Positions 60,151 through 64,000 of a stretch of DNA of 64,000 bases are shown here, in pieces; position 1 is the first letter of the stretch; each line of letters starts with the position of its first letter. The notes under the pieces are model-generated. The model saw only the letters and a list, made by a program, of their open reading frames with translations, made no database searches and was not told where the DNA came from. This DNA comes from Candidatus Eremiobacteria bacterium. Lineage in GTDB: Bacteria > Vulcanimicrobiota > Vulcanimicrobiia > Vulcanimicrobiales > Vulcanimicrobiaceae. A program made the position numbers and the translations under genes. The stretch covers positions 288,001-352,000 of the forward strand of contig CAVWUU010000004.1 in assembly GCA_963758295.1 (NCBI GenBank). Direction: 5' to 3'.

Positions 60151-60906
60151 ATGAGCGTAGGACAGCCCAGGCCCCTGGGGGGCAAGCGTGACACCGAGGA
60201 TAGCCGGGACCATCGATACGACGCGTCGGGCAAAACGTCGTCGCTGCCCGCGAGCGTCGATCTCCGCAAGTATTGCGGGCCGGTTTACGATCAATTACAC
60301 GTGCAGAGCTGTAGCGCCAATGCCCTTTCATCGTTGCTCACGTTCATGGCGAAACTCGAAGAGCGCCCAATCGAATTGCCGTCGCGACTCTTCGTTTACT
60401 ACAACGAGCGTAAAGCTGACGGAACGTTGCCGAAAGATTGCGGTTCGTCCATTCGCACGGCATTGAAGATCGCTACGAAGACGGGCGTGTGCGCCGAGAC
60501 GCTGTGGCCGTATACAGTCGAAAACGTCGAGCTTGAACCGCCGGCGCCGTGCTACGAAAACGCATCAACGCACGCCATCGGCTACTATCGCATCGAACAG
60601 AACGTCGATCATTTGCGAGCGTGCCTGGCTGAAGGTTTCGCGTTCGTTTTCGGCATGCAGATCTATCAAGAATCGTTTACCGCCGCGGAAAAGACGGGAG
60701 CGTTGCCGTTACCGGAAAAGACCGACACGCTTCTCGGCGGTCATGCCGTAATGGCCGTTGGCTACGACGATGCCGCTCAAACGCTGTTAATTCAGAACTC
60801 GCTTGGCACAACGTTTGGAAAAGACGGTTTCTTCACGATGCCGTACGCCTTTGCAACGAACGCCGACATGGCATACGATTTCTGGACGATTCGCTCGGTA
60901 AGCTAA
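60151..60906 (+). CDS. Papain-like C1 cysteine peptidase, no signal peptide
   Basis: LPASVDLR, DQ...SCSANA, SRLFVYYNER, GGHAVMAVGY, QNSLG. Confidence 0.88.
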   Translation: MSVGQPRPLGGKRDTEDSRDHRYDASGKTSSLPASVDLRKYCGPVYDQLHVQSCSANALSSLLTFMAKLEERPIELPSRLFVYYNERKADGTLPKDCGSSIRTALKIATKTGVCAETLWPYTVENVELEPPAPCYENASTHAIGYYRIEQNVDHLRACLAEGFAFVFGMQIYQESFTAAEKTGALPLPEKTDTLLGGHAVMAVGYDDAAQTLLIQNSLGTTFGKDGFFTMPYAFATNADMAYDFWTIRSVS

Positions 60907-60925
60907 GCGAATCCAGATCTGCGCG

Positions 60926-61108
60926 CTATGCGGCGCAGGCCATCGACTTACCGTCGCTTTCGCGCAGCGGAAGAACGCCGGCGAGACGCCCGTATAGCGA
61001 TACGGTTTCGCGGCGGTGCCCGGTCAAACGCTCTACTTCACGAAGGCTGTATCCCTCTTCCAGCAACGCGAGGATGCGGCGTTGCTGCTCTACCGTCAGC
61101 GTGTTCAT
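60926..61108 (-). CDS. Small HTH protein resembling a transposase N-terminus
   Basis: [28 protein letters not shown] is an HTH; 60 aa. Confidence 0.65.
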   Translation of the reverse strand: MNTLTVEQQRRILALLEEGYSLREVERLTGHRRETVSLYGRLAGVLPLRESDGKSMACAA

Positions 61109-61210
61109 ACACGGTACTCGGATGTCCGTTGCGCTTCACCCTGCCTTGAACTGGCCGCTTTTGCCGGGAATCTGGTTCTAAAGCCGGTTCGCGCGTGTTA
61201 TAAGCGGCAT

Positions 61211-61816
61211 ATGGGCCACTTAGTTCCAACGGTTGTCGAGAACACGTCGCGCGGCGAGCGCGCCTACGACATCTATTCGCGTCTGCTCAAAGACCGCATC
61301 GTCTTCGTCGGCGGCGCAATCGACGATACTCTTGCCAACCTCGTGATGGCGCAGATGCTGTTCCTCGAAAAAGAGGATCCCGATCGCGACATCGATCTGT
61401 ACATTAACAGCCCTGGCGGCAGCGTAACGGCCGGCTTAGCGATTTACGACACGATGCAGTTCATCAAACCGCAAATCGCGACAATCTGCGCCGGCTTTGC
61501 CGCTTCCGCAGCGTCGCTCTTATTGGTGGGCGGCGCAAAAGGCAAACGGATGGCGCTGCCTTTTAGTAAAGTTTTGATTCACCAGCCGTGGGTCGGCCAG
61601 TTGGGCGGACAAGCTACCGACATCGAAATTCATGCACGCGACTTGATTGCGACGCGGAAGACTCTTGCCGGAATTTACGCGGAGCGAACGGGTCATGACG
61701 AACAAAAGATTCTGCGGGATCTCGAGCGTGACTACCACATGAGCGCCCAGGAAGCGCTCGATTACGGGCTCATTGACGAAGTGCTGCAGACCAACGGACG
61801 GGTTTCTGCGTCGTAA
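61211..61816 (+). CDS. clpP: ATP-dependent Clp protease proteolytic subunit
   Basis: [27 protein letters not shown] (Ser), IHQP (His), ERD (Asp). Confidence 0.95.
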   Translation: MGHLVPTVVENTSRGERAYDIYSRLLKDRIVFVGGAIDDTLANLVMAQMLFLEKEDPDRDIDLYINSPGGSVTAGLAIYDTMQFIKPQIATICAGFAASAASLLLVGGAKGKRMALPFSKVLIHQPWVGQLGGQATDIEIHARDLIATRKTLAGIYAERTGHDEQKILRDLERDYHMSAQEALDYGLIDEVLQTNGRVSAS

Positions 61817-62136
61817 CCACGGCGCACGTGGAACGTTGCGTCGCTCTCCAGATTCGCATGCACCTCGATGCGTTGAGATGCGGCGCGCGGGACGGCCACG
61901 GTAACGTATCCCGGGAATACCGCCAAGAACAAGAACGATCCGTCCTTGCGCGTTCGCGTTCGCTGATTCGGTTCGCGATTCGAATAGAGGTGCACCGCCA
62001 AATTACAGACGGGACGTTTCGTGCCTTCAAAATACACGCGTCCGAACACGGATCCCGTGCTTTCGTCGCCATTTGCCATCGTGACGGTAGCGGATAAGAT
62101 GGCCGCCAAGGCCGCTGCCGTTCGCAGTGCGTCCAT
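61762..62136 (-). CDS. Small secreted carboxypeptidase-regulatory-like domain protein
   Basis: Signal peptide; [25 protein letters not shown]. Confidence 0.6.
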   Translation of the reverse strand: MDALRTAAALAAILSATVTMANGDESTGSVFGRVYFEGTKRPVCNLAVHLYSNREPNQRTRTRKDGSFLFLAVFPGYVTVAVPRAASQRIEVHANLESDATFHVRRGYDAETRPLVCSTSSMSP

Positions 62137-62212
62137 GGCTTATACATACGCGTTTTCGAACGAATCGGGCAAGCAAGAGGGCGATGTGCGAACCGGCCCA
62201 TAACGCTGATTT

Positions 62213-62656
62213 ATGGCATTTAACAGACGCGCACAAGCCGTTTGGGCCGGCGGTCAGGACGGCAGCGGAAACGTCTCCTTCACCAGCGGCGCGCTGCCGG
62301 AGGTTCCCTACAGCGTTCAAACGCGCTTCGGCGATCAGCCCGGCACTAATCCCGAGGAGCTTCTTGCCGCTTCGCATGCAGCGTGCTACAGCATGGCGCT
62401 GACGTTCTTCCTTACGCGCCAGGGACATCAACCAAAAAGCATCGACACCCAAGCCGTTGTCACGATCGATCAAGCCGGCGAGGGATTCAAAGTCACGCGC
62501 TCACGCCTTCGCGTAACCGGCGACGTTCCGGGCTTGACTCAAGATCAATTCGCCGAACTTGCCGCCCGAGCCGAGAGTGCTTGCCCAATCTCCAACGCGA
62601 TCCGCAACAATGTCGAAGTCTTTGTCGAGGCGGAACTCTTCCCCGCGTCATCCTGA
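62213..62656 (+). CDS. osmC: OsmC-family peroxiredoxin
   Basis: TRF...GTNPEELLAASHAACYSMAL, CPISNA. Confidence 0.92.
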   Translation: MAFNRRAQAVWAGGQDGSGNVSFTSGALPEVPYSVQTRFGDQPGTNPEELLAASHAACYSMALTFFLTRQGHQPKSIDTQAVVTIDQAGEGFKVTRSRLRVTGDVPGLTQDQFAELAARAESACPISNAIRNNVEVFVEAELFPASS

Positions 62657-62736
62657 ACGACGAATCATCGCGAGGTAGATGAACGTGCTAAACGGGTTAC
62701 TCTTCGTTCGCATGCCGCGTGACTCACTTTCGAAGG

Positions 62737-63930
62737 TCATTGACAAGAAACTAGGTCCATAGCGTCACTAGTGCTCGACAACATCGTCGGCTCCCAAAAG
62801 TGCGACGTACCGGGGACGATCGCCAGTGGACCGGCCGGAAACGGATACTGCGGCAGATCATTGGGAATCGAGTGGAAACGGTCGCTTCCACTATAGCCGT
62901 ACAGTGTGATGCCGGGGCCGTTTGACGCTGAGATTACCGTGCGCTTTTCATCCAGTGGTGCGACGCCTTGAAAAATGGACTCGGAGCCCGTTTGCGTGAA
63001 GACGTACGGTTGCCATTGCCCGTTGTAGCGCCATATGCGGCCGAAGTACGTCTGCTCTGGCGTGCCGACATTTATTCCTTGTAAACCGATGAGCCAAATA
63101 TTATCCGGCCCAGTGGCAGCCATCTGGACCGGAACGACGTTCGCTTCGGTTTGTCCCGGAACTGCCGGGAGAACGTGAGTCGTCCCCCATCGCGAACCGT
63201 TCCACTGGGCCGCATAGATCTGGTTCTCATAGCCGTCTGTCACGGCCCAAATATTCGCCGGCGAAAACTCGAGCAATGGCCCCGCATTTCCTGGATAAGG
63301 TTCCACCGCTACAACGGAAAGCGTCGCGCCGTTCCAGTGCGCTAACTCGAGATGTCGCGCGTTCCCTGCGGCGTAATCGTTCTCGCCCGAAATCCACAGG
63401 TCGTTCGTCGATAGCCCGCTCAATGCGCGCGGCGAAAAGTGGGCGGAATTTGGCCCGGAGAGCGTGACCTGAGACCAGCGTGCGCCGTCCCAGTGTGCAA
63501 CAAGCAAGTAGGTGCCGGTGTATCCGCCAGAATTTCCAACAACCCAAATATCGTTGTCGGTAAACGCTTGCATGAACGCCCCAACGACTCGCGTCATCCC
63601 AAATGGCTTTAGCACAGTCGAGTGCGCAGCGCCCGGCACGGCGTGATCGACAGACAGAACGCCGCTGCCGAGGTCTTGTTCCAAGAACCAAGTGTCGCTC
63701 GAACTTATCGGAACGGCTTGCTGAATGCGATTCGAGCCGCCCTGACCCAGCGCGGTAGCGATCACGGAACAACTCGCTAGCGAGGCAGTCGTCATTGCTT
63801 GCGATACTGCCGCGGGAAGAACCGACTTTGAATTCGCTCCCGAAGAGATAGAAGACGCGCCCCCGGCGCAACCGGCCAGAAAAATCAGCGCGAATGTGGT
63901 CGTATAAAAGCGTAGATCGGTGTGATACAT
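62737..63930 (-). CDS. Lipoprotein with repeated beta-propeller-like blades
   Basis: SD GGAGG then ATG 63930; lipobox LAGC; repeats NDIWVVG...HWDGARW, NDLWISG...HWNG, NIWAV...WNGSRW. Confidence 0.7.
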   Translation of the reverse strand: MYHTDLRFYTTTFALIFLAGCAGGASSISSGANSKSVLPAAVSQAMTTASLASCSVIATALGQGGSNRIQQAVPISSSDTWFLEQDLGSGVLSVDHAVPGAAHSTVLKPFGMTRVVGAFMQAFTDNDIWVVGNSGGYTGTYLLVAHWDGARWSQVTLSGPNSAHFSPRALSGLSTNDLWISGENDYAAGNARHLELAHWNGATLSVVAVEPYPGNAGPLLEFSPANIWAVTDGYENQIYAAQWNGSRWGTTHVLPAVPGQTEANVVPVQMAATGPDNIWLIGLQGINVGTPEQTYFGRIWRYNGQWQPYVFTQTGSESIFQGVAPLDEKRTVISASNGPGITLYGYSGSDRFHSIPNDLPQYPFPAGPLAIVPGTSHFWEPTMLSSTSDAMDLVSCQ

Positions 63931-64000
63931 GCGCGAGCCCTCCATCTCGAGCTAGAACGCACAAAAAGCCCAAGATCATTGTACCGCTCGGAAGAGAAGT

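Noticed and set aside
62192..62221. dif-like site (ATAA-spacer-TTATG)
   Set aside because: Spacer is 7 nt rather than 6, the XerD arm is poor, and it overlaps the osmC start.
62679..62762. 27-codon ORF after GAGG downstream of osmC
   Set aside because: Very short, overlaps the convergent gene end, no motif.

Overview
GC-rich bacterial chromosomal segment, mostly housekeeping and envelope genes. It mixes Firmicutes/Actinobacteria-like genes (pbpA-pknB, ruvCAB-spoIID-queA, gmk-rpoZ-glmS, RqcH, RsbV/RsbU-W) with outer-membrane machinery (TamB, Skp-like protein, long MlaD, usher, TonB-dependent receptor). This indicates a diderm Terrabacteria lineage; Eremiobacterota/Vulcanimicrobiota is my unverified guess. 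I saw no tRNA, rRNA, CRISPR array, prophage or intact IS. Most notable: (1) a cluster of DnaA-box-like 9-mers (48269-48364) upstream of a tightly packed GAF-Cache-GGDEF-EAL / Xer recombinase / DUF4097 lipoprotein operon; (2) a receptor-less CheB + pseudo-CheB-CheR-coiled-coil signalling island with a doubly frameshifted REC/GAF/pseudo-PP2C gene (1-5917); (3) a TamB / lipidated long Skp / rph / unknown / MlaE-F-D locus whose MlaD looks trans-envelope; (4) a PilZ gene inside the pknB-ruvCAB-spoIID-queA operon, with queA apparently needing a non-canonical start; (5) a partner-switching operon with DUF1835-like and SnoaL genes embedded; (6) a four-gene Csu/protein-U chaperone-usher cluster. All domain calls are from motif recognition by eye, not database searches.
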